A stretch of 64,000 nt of DNA. It comes from Iphione sp. A-MEVVRFRX5. Taxonomy: Eukaryota. Under the pieces are notes generated by a model. The model did not search any database. It worked only from the letters and a program-made list of their open reading frames with translations, and was not told the DNA's origin. Position numbers and translations under genes: made by a program. Each line of letters begins with the position of its first letter. Position 1 is the stretch's first letter. This document shows, in pieces, positions 37,658 to 51,000 of the stretch. Where the stretch lies: assembly GCA_976226885.1 (NCBI GenBank), contig OZ320316.1, positions 88,660,001-88,724,000 of the forward strand. Direction: 5' to 3'.

Positions 37658-40600
37658 ATATTATTTGAATCAACACCGGTTGTATGGCTATGACATGGAC
37701 ACCTGTATTTTATTAATCAATTCCGCGATGTAGTTGCTAAAAATTCTACACTTGTGAGCTGTCTTCAATATGAATAGACCTTACATGTCCTTCGTTGAGT
37801 GCAGTATTTTGGTATTTGTGATTGCACAATGACGTTAATACGTTACAAGTCACGACTGCACCATAAATACAACAGCAATTATCATCTACTTCATAGAAAT
37901 GAACAATTTGTAGTCTTATATAAAGGTCTCTTACTGCAAAGAACCATATCAATGGCATATATGTATGTCTTCTAAATGATATAAATTCCTTTTTTGAAAT
38001 CTTTCACTCAACAAAATGAATAATATTTGCATCGGGCACTGAACCTCAGGTCAAACAATACTGCAGACAGTGCAGGTGTCGGTTTTGTAGAGCATTTTGT
38101 TGTTCCCCATCAGCGCCAGAGCCTTGGCGCTTGGAGCAATGCTGATGCCTTCTGTCTGGTCGCACAGCCTGAGGTTGACAATGCCTGAGATCTCCAAACA
38201 ATTCAGATCTGTATTCCTCGGCCCTATGGCAATAGCTACTGTAGTTCCTCACCCTATAAACACCTGTCCGGTTTCCAGACGGCAGACACTTCAAGAGAGA
38301 TCCATGGGACAATGGCGGGCTGGCAAACAGCAGAAATGGTGAAGCGCCATCCAGTGGAGCCCGCGAGAAGCAATCTGTTATGAATACCGTCCCCTGGACA
38401 GAATTTATCTGAAACATGTGTCCGTTCACAAACTCCAAATGTGTTCTCAACAATATCTATTCACCCAGGTACTACATGTAGGAAACGTTGGTCATCGTTC
38501 GTGACACATCATCCACTACAGGGATCCATTTAGCTTTTCGCCAGCTTTCATAGGCCAACCTGAATCGACGACGTATGGGTTCTGCATATAACAGGTTTCT
38601 CACCCCCGGTGTACCCTCCAGGTTTTCCTACCCATTCTCTCTCGACACCTTTTTTATTCCAGGGTCTTGATTGTTCGTGGTAGGGGTTTTTTGCCGTTAC
38701 TGCCAACATAATCAGAGCCAGCAAGAAGGGCGATCATTGTCCTTGTTCCCTTGTTCCCCGAAGGTGCGGGGCTGTTGGCGGTGCGACACAAAGACAGCCC
38801 GGTGGCGTCACCGACTCGGGGGTTGACTGCAAGGCTTTGTCAGCATGCTGCAGCCACACGTGCTACCTGACCGACCGCACCCATCAGAAAGCCACAACAC
38901 ACGAATCTCTGTCACTGCCGCCAGAACCACGTCAGCGCCTTAAAACAACCTCCCGCAATAATCGCTTCCTCGTCACCCGCCACGCCCATCGCATGTCCTA
39001 CCCTTGTGAAGTTTGTCCTGCTGAAAAGAGGTAACGCCGTCAACATTGCAGTCGTCTCTTCACTGTCAGAAAGCAATGAGAGTGGAGAGACCTGTGACAG
39101 GCATTAGGTCACAAGGAGACAGAGTCCACTTTAATGTTTCAGAACAATGTCCTACAAATTTCTGAGCTCACAGTCAGTGCCAAAAGTAAATTTACATTGC
39201 ACGTTGTTTTTTTTGTAGGATGACTAGTACTAAATGACATCTCATTGTATGGGTTATTGGTGCTCCACTTGAACACAAGAGTGTAATAGATTATGTTATT
39301 TGCCCGGAGACAAAGTAAAATTGTTTCTTGTACCCAAAGAAGATCAAAATGGGAATTTGAAGCAAATATTCCCTTAGATAGCAGACCGCTCCATGCTGTC
39401 TTCGGGGCTTCTGTGTAACAAGCACACGTTCCCTTTTTCAATGCGAGAGGCAAAGAAGCCTTCGTCTTTGGAGGTAGTGAATACCAATTTCATGCTAACA
39501 CCTCTGTGCGGACAGTGTGGGGACGTCCACTCACACTATCGATTTTAGAATTAACCCAGCACAGAGGTCTTTTCATCCACACGTCTTCTCAAGGCACCTT
39601 CTAGTGTTGAGCCTCTTGGGAAAACAGAACCTTGTCACCCCAGCGGCTGCCACTGCGGACCCAATGCCGCACATCTAATTGTGGGCTTAATGTGCCTTCG
39701 ATTTTTATCATACATAGGGATCGTGTGCAGCCGGAGCATTGCTGGTCGGTTATTATAGCATATCTGAGTGGCCCATGAGTCACGACATTGTGTTGATAGT
39801 TTGCTTTACCAACGGCTATTTGTTCGCTATCTGTGATTGGCCCCCATGATGACCCCTGGGGCAAGGAGGATCGGGGGTCAAGACCCAGGGACACGCCCGC
39901 TGCATGTCATCAAGGCTGATGCAGACACATCCTTGATCCATTTATGCTGGGTCAGGTTTGGGGAATATGTGGAAAGGATTGACGTTATCTAGCCCTCGAG
40001 ATCTCTGCCGGTGCAGCTCAACATTGACCTACCGGACTGTCCACTGTAGGCCTCTTTTTTATTCGAAGCGCTTATATCTTTCAAGCGGCTTGCTTTAGGA
40101 ATACAAACTTTTCATTGGATTACAGATGGAACAATGTAAGTGTTGGCAGGCTATATCCTAGTCAAAGACACATCTGTTCAGTGGTGCATCATTTTGAAAA
40201 TCATGGTATAACTAGAGGAGTGTTATGATAAACATTTTTGTCATGAAAACAGAGACTAGTAATACGAGCAGATCCCTCTTGGTAGGATGTTTGAAAATTC
40301 GATAACAAATGCACTGCTTTTATAAAATTGATTGCTTTCCCACTTACTTCATATTATTTTTTGTCATATTTACTTCACCTTGTGAAAGGTAAGTACAATG
40401 CAGTATAGCTTTGAGTTGAGAGTATAATGTTATAAATTCAGAGGCGACAGCTGAGGTGTTCATAAACGTGTAATGTTCCTGATGATGAGGTTTATCTAAT
40501 TTAAAGCCTCCATTCCTTCAACTGTGCAATTTTCCATCTGAGTCGAGAGACATTGGTCTGCCAATGTGGAGCTGAGGCAGCCCTTCAAGTAACTGTGACA

Positions 40601-41180
40601 TAAGCTAGAAGACTTGTGAACAGAGAGAAAGAACGACAGAGATTATTTAACCTGCGCAGAAAGAGAAAGTGTATATGTTTACCAAAAAGCTATAAAATAA
40701 TTAACACTGGTACAATCTGAAAACGAAAACGGGATATGTATGGTGGTCTCTTCCCACATTAATTCTACCAGACCTTACGCAAAGATGCTATGCTAAAGAT
40801 TTCATCATAACAGGGTACATTATATCAGATCTTCTGGAACAGATGCTTTTGATTTATTAAAATGTGGCAAAGTTGACCTGAGATTATGCTAAAGATATAT
40901 TCAATTCCTAAAAGAAAGCGACAGGGAGAAGTGCGGGAGATCTCCCCCCTAATTAATAGATGGAAATATCTTTCAGTGCACAGTGAAATTTCTAATAAAA
41001 GTCCCCTTTCTACACACACATTAACACTTGTAAATAGATCTATAACGGAACAACAATGCTCTAACTATTGTACAATCTCTGTGTCCAAGTGGATAGAGTG
41101 TTTGCACTAACCCAGGTTATGTACAGTGAGAAAAAGTCAAGCGGCAGCCCAGGGATCGCATCCCTAGCAAAACCCTTGAG

Positions 41181-41289
41181 TCAAGATGGCGAATACAAAA
41201 AGATAAAATAGACAGTATTAGTCCTTGGGGTGGTAGGGACATACAGGGAAAAGGGCGGCAGGGTTGCTATATTTACGCGTGAGGTAAGT
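41181..41289 (+). promoter_or_regulatory. Candidate host 5' exon (YY1-type CAAGATGGCG start, perfect GAG|GTAAGT donor)
   Basis: CAAGATGGCG at 41182-41191; a 31-codon frame ends in TGA one base before the donor at 41283/41284. No downstream exon was identified. Confidence 0.25.
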
Positions 41290-44200
41290 GATCGCTTGAG
41301 GCTGAGGATGGCATCATGCAATTGCTCAACTTAAACTATCGTACCAAGAACAACTGAAATGACCTATTACTACAATAAAAGAGCTCAAGGTTTGGGTACG
41401 TGAATGCAAATAATCATCACATTGATGTGAAACTAGGCGGAAAAAAAATCATTCAAGGGACATTTGTCTTTATCGCTTTCTTGAGCAAAGGAGACGCATA
41501 ACAGTTTAGCACATGCCAGGGCTCATGAGAAGTTGTGGCCATTATAACCTGTTACAACCCGGGTCGCCAAAATGATTTATTGTCCGATCTTAAGTGCACA
41601 TGTTTAAATGACAAACTCATTACGCCTGACTTAAGTGGCATCGCATAGCTATTCCTACACGACTATGGCGGGCGAGAGAGTGATACGGCAGAGCGGAAGG
41701 GACGGCGGTGTTAAATGGGATACAGCCATATGTCTCTTCTCATGCTCTGTATCCGTGCGTCTTTAGTACATGAGAGGGAAAAAGACATCAAAACAGCTCC
41801 CCCTGTACCCTGTGCATTTGCATTAGGTCAACAGCTGCGAGAGGTGGAAACATTTGACAAATGCCTCACGGAAAGTACGGAAGACTACTGACCTCATAGC
41901 CTACTTAATCATGCCCTCCTTCAACTTGGTGATGCAGACATGCATCACGATAACACACCTTCTTGCCGTTTCCCCTCTATGAAAAACGATAAATTAATCA
42001 TGCAAACATTTGCGGGACCCGTGCTAGAAAGTTAAAAAGTATGACAAGTACTCACGTGTAATATAAGGACGAATACACGAATAGCTGTTTAGAATGATGT
42101 CCATATTATTTTTAATTATTCTCATGCGACAGAACGTAATACGCACAACTGCCTTTGTATAGCGTCTATGACTATATTTTAGAAAACATCTGAAGGTGGC
42201 GATATCTTATGCAGTATGGCGTCAAGGCAAATCGGTATTTGCTGCTTAATAACGATTATAGAATGAACATAGGGATTAGTAAATACAAATGCGTTTATTG
42301 TTTCTCTCAGGGATATAGAGCTAGAAATGTTCATAACCACGTTGCCACAAGAAACTAAGTAAAGGAGGGACGCAAGTGTCTGCTGCAATGTTGTTTGTCT
42401 CAAAACAAAAGCATACGTGCTTACACGAAGGTTTGTTATTTCTGTTGCAGTTACATGATGATATTTGGTTGGTGTAATCTATCAGACGTATCTATATGAC
42501 CTATGCTTAATATCGATAATTTCGCTAACAAAATTAGGATCGCTTTAAATGTACAATGTAGTAGATTGAAATACATTGCCTAAATAATGTCGCAAAAAGG
42601 TCCTTTAGGTGTTACTCAGCCCCACACATGGGATGGATGAAGTCTTTATGGAAATAAACGGACACTTTGAGAATGTCACATTTTTATGCACAGGTATATA
42701 TGCTAATGTACTCTTCAATATAACTAATTTTCACGCTTTGATAGTCTCATTTTCTCTCTGAAATTGTATTTCAAAGCTTCTATCTAACGGGTAAGGAAAT
42801 AAGCCCTTATAGAAATATTTTCAAGTTGAATTTGACAGACATTCAATAAGTAACGTCAAAAATGAACATAAGTCTCACCATACAATTATCTCTATGAATT
42901 GTACTTTCTTTAGTGATCAGTTCATTGTGAGACGACCAAACACTGGGTGCCTTCCATTAACCTTTCAAACTGAATGAAAGCTAAATTTCTTCTACACGTA
43001 AGTCATGATTGAATATCACTATGTGTATAATTCTAATTCAGGTGTGCAGACACGTATTTCAAAGCGAGAGATCAGGGGAGAATCCTTGAGACATTCGGAA
43101 AGGCTGTTCTCGCTGATTTTAGAGGTGTCGTTCAATAAATGAACATGGGATAATAGCCTTATGTTTAGACAAAACAACAGCGCAGTTTCAGATTCCTAAA
43201 CACGGCCATTTTCACAGGAATCAGCGTATTTCACATCCACTGCTCTGTACTCAAGAGCTATCGATGCCAACTAGTTTAGATCTTATTTCATGAATGTTAC
43301 AGGTTCTACCTGTATAATATTGCCAAAGATACCGAAGTACTGTAGGAATTTGACTCCACAAGTCTTTGACAAAAATGTTTTATACTGTTCCAAAGACAGA
43401 GCTCAAAACGGAAGACGTCACGCCGTCAAACTACACCATTGAAATATAGGTGGCCTTATGCGAAGAAAGTTAAATGGTACATACAGATGCTTGGTAAAAA
43501 AAGAGGAAGACCTGACCTACTGAGTGCCTCAATACCATGACCATGTCCGAACTTTTTAAAGTCCGAAAATGTGTCCATATGTAGAGGCCTCCTATATAAA
43601 ATATATATGAGCTTGTAAATCAGATTTCGATTGCATGTACATGTGGTAAACACCAAGAAGAAAAAGAACCATAAATTTGTCCAGGTTTGGCATGTCTTTT
43701 CATAAAATGATTATAATAAAATGGTATACATTATGGGAAAACAATTTAATTTGGAAGGTTCACATATTGAGCTGTTATGTAATCATTACCCCATTGTCGA
43801 CTACAATTGAAATCAATTTATAATATATCTTTCTTTACGTGTAGGGACAGCACTAGCCTAAAATCACAGGACAAACAATAGGTGGGTTTTAGAAGAAAAC
43901 TGCACATCCCGCTGTCCTACTTACTCTGTTGATGTTCCTTTTTACCTATAACCATCTCCAGACGGGAAATTTAGAAGTAAAACGACTTACATAACAAACC
44001 ACAGTGCATATAGTTTTAGACTTTCATTTAAACTAAATTCGTACAGGGAACAGTACTTGTTTCAGTCTGTGATTTGTTCAAAATAAAACTTTTATTGAAG
44101 ACAGTTTCCCAGAAGCCTTAGAAATGAAGTCCTTCCTGCAAACATAAAAAAAAATCTGAGAAGAAAACAATTACTAAAAAGATGACAAAGAAACCTCAAA

Positions 44201-46149
44201 GCCAAATTGACTGATAGCTGGATCACTTTGCAACTGGGTACTTGTTTTTTAGGGAAACGTACACCACACGGAACCAGGTACATGTATCAACATGAAAATC
44301 ATAGGATTAGTAGAACAATACTTTGGTTTATGACTAATAAAGTATGTTAAATGGCAACATGATCACTCTGACAGGTTATTATTACAAGCAGTTTATAGGT
44401 ATATTGGTTTTGAAAAGTTGGTTAGGAGAGTTGGAATGACTCCCCCAGCTAGCCAGAGGAGTAGAGGAGGGTTGCACTGTTCTGTCTGAGTGAGTGTCCA
44501 CCGGGCCGGAGATGGCAGTCGATCCACATTCGTAGGGGAACCGCTTCATTTCCTTTTCCTCACATGCTTAAACTCGCATCAGTATGAGACCAGCTCCCTC
44601 TTTTCGGACCGCAAACTTCCAGAAGGCATTAGCACAATGGATGTTGGGCCTGGTTCTAATGTTATTGCAGGAGCTGCCAACTGATTTGTGAGCTAACCGC
44701 TGTGGGAGGCCTCATCTTTTGACCTATTGTAGAATGATAGAGATTCCAGGATAATCACCGTCAATGGGGTCAGTTAGTTCCCAATGTGAAGAGGTTCGCC
44801 TTCATTATTATAGACTGTGACATTAATTATTCCACCCACTGCTACTGTCGGAACTGACTTTCCTTGATAAGGGTCTGGTGTCTGGGGCACCAGCTGAGCC
44901 AAATGATCTAGGTGTGGTGTTTTTATCGTGTTATGCAGAGACTACCTCTGTCTGTGTCCGGTCAACTAGGTCTTAGATGGTAGGCTGACCGCATGCATCA
45001 GGGTTTTAGAACCTTCCTCTCTGTCTGGGAGCTGGCTCATGGAGTGGTTTCTATGAATCCATGTAAATCATCCTTGGTTCCCATGGGAATTGTTTGCCTT
45101 GCTGGGGGGTTCGCTTGCATGTCAATTTTGGCTAGCCATGTCTCTGGAGTAAGGATCAAAACGACTAATATCATAATGTGCCTTGTCCATTTCGAACTTT
45201 GTTTTTTCTGCCTATTTCTCAATTCTGTAATATTATTCCGCCAATATTTCATGACTTTGCCATACCAGATATTAATTGTTTCGCACCTTCCTTCAGATAA
45301 AAAACAAACGAAACAGAATGTCATAGAATACTCAAGATAAACTATGAGAAAAGTACAAGATGGTTAACGTAAAAAACAGCCGTAATGCAAATGATTGAAT
45401 AACCGTATAGGTGAGACTCCTGCGTCATGCTCGTAGGACCAGCTGGCTCTTCATCTAATATGACTGAGGAGTGAACCGATCAAGATAATAACACTATCCC
45501 AGACACAGGTGCAAATCCATGTTATGGCCTGAAGCTACACTGTGTTTCTCCTACTGTGTTTCCTTTGTGTCAATTGATAGGAAACTGTGAATGCTGAGTG
45601 TGTGCTGGCCTTGGAATCTAGGGAAAATACGCCAACACAACAACCGAATAAAGTCTAAGTGGAGGTTTTAATTTCCAACTTTTCTTACACAAGGCGTGAC
45701 TTCTTCAGGAGTCCTCCATTATGAAGAGATGGGAGATTTTCCATATAGGAAGTCAAAGAATTTTAGGGTATCTTTATAGATTATTTTAGAGCAACAGAAC
45801 AGGGATCTACGCAACTGCATTAACACAATATAAATCGATATATAATTGGCACCTGGGTAATCTGGAGTGGTGAATTTTACCTAAAGATAGCTACATCACT
45901 TACTAGAAACAGATGGGCCCTGTAGAATATAGTTCTAAATGTTTCCAATGTAAGAGACCAAGGCGACGAGCCTGCTACACACCTGAACACCGGACAAATA
46001 CAGTGAAACGTTTTGGTATGACAGATCTGCACACTGCAGTAATTCATTCCAATCAACGAACAATCCTTTATCAGATAATGTTTCAAGCACACCTATGGGC
46101 TGGCCTATTCTGTGAGAGTCAGTGTGTTGCTGTGCGGTCTATGGACAAG

Positions 46150-46950
46150 GAACAATAAAGTATGTTTTGGCTTTACGCTAGCTCTCCTTGGGACACCTAC
46201 ACAGACTCCATGAAAACTGTCTCCTATAGACTTGCCCCAGCTGAATCCAGCTCACCCAGCATTACCTAGTCATGGCCCAGATGGGAATGCACACTGGGAA
46301 ATCTGTCATCCATAGACAAGTTTAAGATCATTTTGGAGTTGACAGGCTAGCACGAAGGGTATAGTTATTCTCGCTGTCATCGTCACTGAGCAGCCAGGGG
46401 GTCTGATATCATTACTATAATGTACAATATAACTCAAACGCCCGATAGCATCTTGTACTGAGACATTATTTGTAAGACTTGCCTGTCCTAATCTACCCAC
46501 AATATCGATTAGATGCATGTCTGAAGATAGGAATTCATATTGCGAACCACCAAAGCAAACGTCATTCTACCCATACCCCTGCAGAGAAAAAAAGCTGTCT
46601 GGGATATACTTGATACAGCCCGCTACGAGGGAAATCAAAGCATCCAACGTGAAGGTGCTCCAAACCAAGGCGGGAGGCACCCTCAAAAAGAAAGCAATAA
46701 AACTTGCCGGCTGACCAAAAGGCGATATGCTGTCTGCTCACTCTAACTTAAGCAGGACTATGTTTTCATCGTTCATTAGTATGAGGTTTTGAACATTTCA
46801 TGTTGGACTCCAAGGCATACTGAGTGGTACGGAAGGAGAGAGAACTATTTTTTACGCTCATCTCTTCTTATAATGTAGGAACAGATGAGCCATCCCATGA
46901 ATCATTCGAGACAGAATGGTGGCTAAATAAAAAAAGCTATGATAGGAAAT
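46150..46950 (+). mobile_element. Decayed LINE RT fragment
   Basis: Colinear degraded motifs: AFD.V.H-like (about 46205), VTEQPGGLISLL*CTI (GVPQGS..P.LF.IYIN-like, about 46380), TETLFVR (LFADD-like), TTKANVI, KKKAIKLAG. Confidence 0.35.
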
Positions 46951-47563
46951 GGATGATCATTGGTGATAATGGAAGCATCTTTAGAGTGTGAGTAGGAAGA
47001 ACAGGCGCCATTCCACGTAATGTTGGAGAAAAATATTGAATTAAAGATAGAGAAAGAAGTACAATAACAAAGTATGCTCTCAGCTGTTATGCCTGGTTGT
47101 CTTGATATTTCATACCTGGATCTCTCTCCACCTGATTGTACATTCCTGTCCTGTGTTTACTCATCCCTTTGTCCTTTCTAAACCGTTTTATTTACAGTCC
47201 AATGTCCATTGTCAGCACAAATATTACAACCAAATGTCATTCATTTAAATATGATGAGTGAATTTTTACATTTTCTCTAGGGCTTGGTTTCCTTGTAAGT
47301 GTGTCACCATGAGGTGTGTAGGCATATTTGCAGCATGTATTTTAGGAATACATGAATATACATGAGTGTGTGCATATAGGGGTGGGCTGTGTAATGTGTA
47401 ACATGTCAGTGTGGACTGTGTTTTCTAACGTGGCATCTTGGTGTACAGACATGTAAAATGAGTACATGGTTATAACGCACTTCACAACGTGTAGGCAGTG
47501 GTTATGAGGTTAACAAAGAATTAAGGAATACACACTGATAAACATGGCAACACCCCTACATAT

Positions 47564-47861
47564 TGTAACGTCCGCTCCGCAAGTAAGACATAACTCCAGT
47601 TAAGGTAATGAGGTTTATTCAGTAAGAGCAATATGAGCATCAACAGTGAGCACCAAAGGTAATCTGAACTGCCCGAGGGGCCAACTCCCTTATATACCCA
47701 TCCCCAGTCTCTTCAGCATCCGGGTACCGGACCCCTCCTACTCCGCAGCACCCCTACGAGTGCCGCACGGGGGCGTGCCGCTGCACCCTACCAGTCCAAT
47801 CCACCTGTGCCGCAGCATCCCTTGTATGCCACGGTGCCGCAGCCACGCAGTGGCTCCAACA
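47564..47861 (-). repeat. 3' LTR
   Basis: Direct repeat of 57552-57849; minus strand has TATATAA and AATAAA. Confidence 0.97.
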
Positions 47862-47874
47862 TTGCCCTCCCCTT
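47862..47874 (-). other. Polypurine tract
   Basis: Minus strand AAGGGGAGGGCAA directly abutting the 3' LTR. Confidence 0.85.
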
Positions 47875-48042
47875 AGAGGTTGCTTGTCCTCAAGCAACTC
47901 GCTTCCCAACCGTAACTGTAACTGTAACTGTTCAACACACTCAGGTCCTGGGGCGGTCTGACGTCCGAGTCCGGTAACACATTCCTCGTAATGTCACGAA
48001 TCCAGGGGCAGTCCAATCGTCAGCTATACCCGTCTCCCAGAA

Positions 48043-51000
48043 TCACAGGTGAACCGTCCACGACTCTCGGATATGTACTTCCACGTTGCCCCCGGCGGTG
48101 GGCTCTTCCCGCCACGTGGACAGGAGTCGCACTGGGCGGCCCCGCGTCAGTACCGTCCCATAGTTGGTGTACCATGTAGCCAACTCGCTGCCTGGGACCG
48201 GCACCCCAAGCCGCCGGAAGGTGATGGTTTGCCGGAGGATGACTTTCACTTGCCCGGCGGTGAGCACCTGCACATCCAAAGCTGAGGTGTTGGAAATGAC
48301 CATCCACCCGGGCGGTAGGGTGGATTCTGGCGACACCAACCGTGATGCCGCCCAGACGTACACGGCGGCCGGAACCTCTTCCTCTGCTCCTGATGAGCCT
48401 GACACGTCCTGCAGGGATGCTCCCGTCCCAGGGGTTGGCGGGCCAGAGGGGGGGTCTGGTCGCGTCCCCCACCTTCCTGCCCCAGGGAGCGCCGGTGGCC
48501 CCAGCGCAAGGGAGGGGCCCGGGGGAGGGCGCGCTCCGCGGCCAGGACCCGGTGTCGGGCCGCGCGGGAACCCTCCGGGCGGTGCTGCTGCTGTTAGATC
48601 CTCCCAAGGCCTGATGGGGGCTATTCCGCGGGGGCTCGCCCTTCCCTCGCCTCCTGGAGTTCCCTGGGTGGATGTGGAAGGGGGCCCCCGTCCGCGGCCC
48701 CTTGCGGTCTCCCCAGCCGTCGAGGGCACGACGGCCCTGTCTTGCTTCTTCAGGGGTCCTTCCGGCCGAGTTATCCCCGGTGGCGGAGGCGCGCCCTGAC
48801 TCCGAGTCAGCCCCACGGACCAGCTCCCTCTCCCCCGCGAGGGCGGCAGCACCAGCTGGAGATGGAGTGGAGGGGCCCGACGTACCCCCTCCGTCGGCCC
48901 TCTAGGCCCTCTAGGTCGCTCTGGGCTCGCCGTCTCCTCGGTGGCGCCTTTTTGTTGACTTCCGGCCGGTACTTTCTCGGGGGTAGGGCTTATGGCCGGA
49001 CTGGTCGCCGGGCTGGTGACTGGCCCGGCCCCCTCTGCGGTGACCGTCTCGCCCTCTGTCGGCCCCCTGGGCTCGTGAGGCCGCCCTGGGCTTGCCGTCA
49101 CCTCTTCGCCTTTCTGCTCCGAGGTGGTTGGGACGTTCGGCTGGCTCTCAGCTGGTGCCTCTTCAATGGTCGGGCTCGCGGCTGGACTGGCCGTGGGGCC
49201 GGGAGCTGACCCGGCCCCCTTGGCGGTAGTAGGTTTGAATGTCACGCCGCCAACCGGGCCCTCCTCCGTCTCCGCCTCCCTCTGCGTAACGGAAGTCGGG
49301 ACCTCTTCCTGCTGTGAACTTCCCGACGATCTTGCCGTAATTCCCACCGCATCTGCGTTGCTGGTTCCCACGGGCACCCCTGGCGCCGTGGGTATGGTTG
49401 GCTGGGAACCCCGGGAATCAGTGTCCTGCACTGGCGAGCTTTGCGGGCACGGAGCAGTGCCGTCGGGGGGGGGGGGCTCCGACTCCTCTTCGGAGGATTC
49501 TTCCTCAAAGAGGGTCGCTAGCTCTTGTTCCTCCTCACCGTCGTTCTCAGGGGCATGCCCCTCGCTCGTGGGCCCGTGTGTCTCGGTCGGGCCTGTGGTC
49601 AAGGGCTCCCCGGCCGGGTCAGCCTCCGCGGCCCCCCCCAATCTCGGCTTCTTGGCAGGCGACGGTGTGATGGACCCGGGCGGTGTCACAAGATCCACCA
49701 CGTCTCCCTCCTCCGGCCGCTCCCAACCTACGCCTAGGCGTTCGTCCAGTCAACGTTCGTCCTCTTCCCACAAGGGCGCCCCGAACGGGGTCCCTGGCCT
49801 GGGCTCCCCGCGACGGTCGGGGGCACCCCTACCCATACCAGGGAGGCGACATGGGGGTGACAGCCCGACAGGCCAGGCAGTGGGGGAGGCCCGGAAGGTT
49901 GCTCGAACTCCCACCTGGCGAGTCCCCGCCGCGCCAGAGAGTCCGAACGGTCCCTCGCCCCTCGGCTCCATGGTCGTGACCCGGGGCAGGGTCACCCGCA
50001 GTTGCGGGGGGGGCTCATCAGCCGACGTCTGACTAGCTGAGTCTAGGAACAGCCTACGTCCCTTATAGTGCGACGCCCCGGTAGGCAGGTCAATGTTGTC
50101 GGGCATGGCCACCTCTGGCCGTGGTGGGGGGGCGTTCCGTCTTTCTTTTTCTTGGGTAGGGGGGCGGTGCGGTCTCGCATACGTGCGGGTGGCCAAACGC
50201 TGGTCCAGGCGGGGTGGGGGTCCCGACCCTCCACTGCCCTGGCTATCTCCCGTCGCGGCTTCCGTGGAACCAGTGTATTGGCCTGGGGCTTCCTGGGGCG
50301 AGGGCTCGGCCGTGGAAGGGGTGCCACCGTCACCCGCCCCATCGGGGGTTCCTGTGCCACGATCCGACGTCCGGCCGGAGACGGGGGACCCCCCTCCCTC
50401 GCTGTCCGGTGGAAGGTCGGGCATGGTCGATGACGGAGACCCGGGAGCGCGATGGTCAGGCCCCTCCTCGCGGGGGATGCTGGCCGCCCATTCCTTCACC
50501 AAGCCCCGTGCCTCATCCGTGGAAGAGTCCCGACCCGAGCTGCTGCTAGGTGGGGGACCCGGTGGGGTATGCGGCCCTCGGTGCGGGGCGTCTACTGAGC
50601 GGCCCACCCCTCGTCTCTCCAGAGCAGTAGTAGTGCCCTCGGCGTAGGGGGAGCGTGGCGGTACTTCCTCATCCGGTTCCGGCGCTCCTGTAGTCGCGGG
50701 CGGCGGGGGGGGTCCGGCGCAACTGCTCCCACTCCGGTCGGTGTCCCCGGTCATGGTCTCCTCCCCGCCCAAGGGGCCCGAAGACACCGTCCGAGATACC
50801 ACCCCCGGCGCCCGGGCGGACGGCAGGGCACTCTCTTCTCACGAGCCGGGAGGGGGGTCCCTCCGTTGTCGGGTGGGCGCTCCCCGTCGCATCGTACCTT
50901 CCGGGTTCCCCCAATTGCTCGAGGTCCCGACGGGGTTGACGCGCCAGTAGACGTCGACAGCTGTGCTGGCGGTGGCCCCGCCCGGTCCTCCAGCTGCTTG

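Noticed and set aside
38046-38700. Host exon (ORF 38046-38453) or Gypsy integrase relic
   Set aside because: No recognisable protein motif in the ORF; integrase-like resemblances on the plus strand are too fragmentary to support.
46517-46714. SGIYLIQP as a fibrinogen-related domain
   Set aside because: Only 8 residues match, with no downstream VYC/GGW motifs; the region fits a decayed LINE better.
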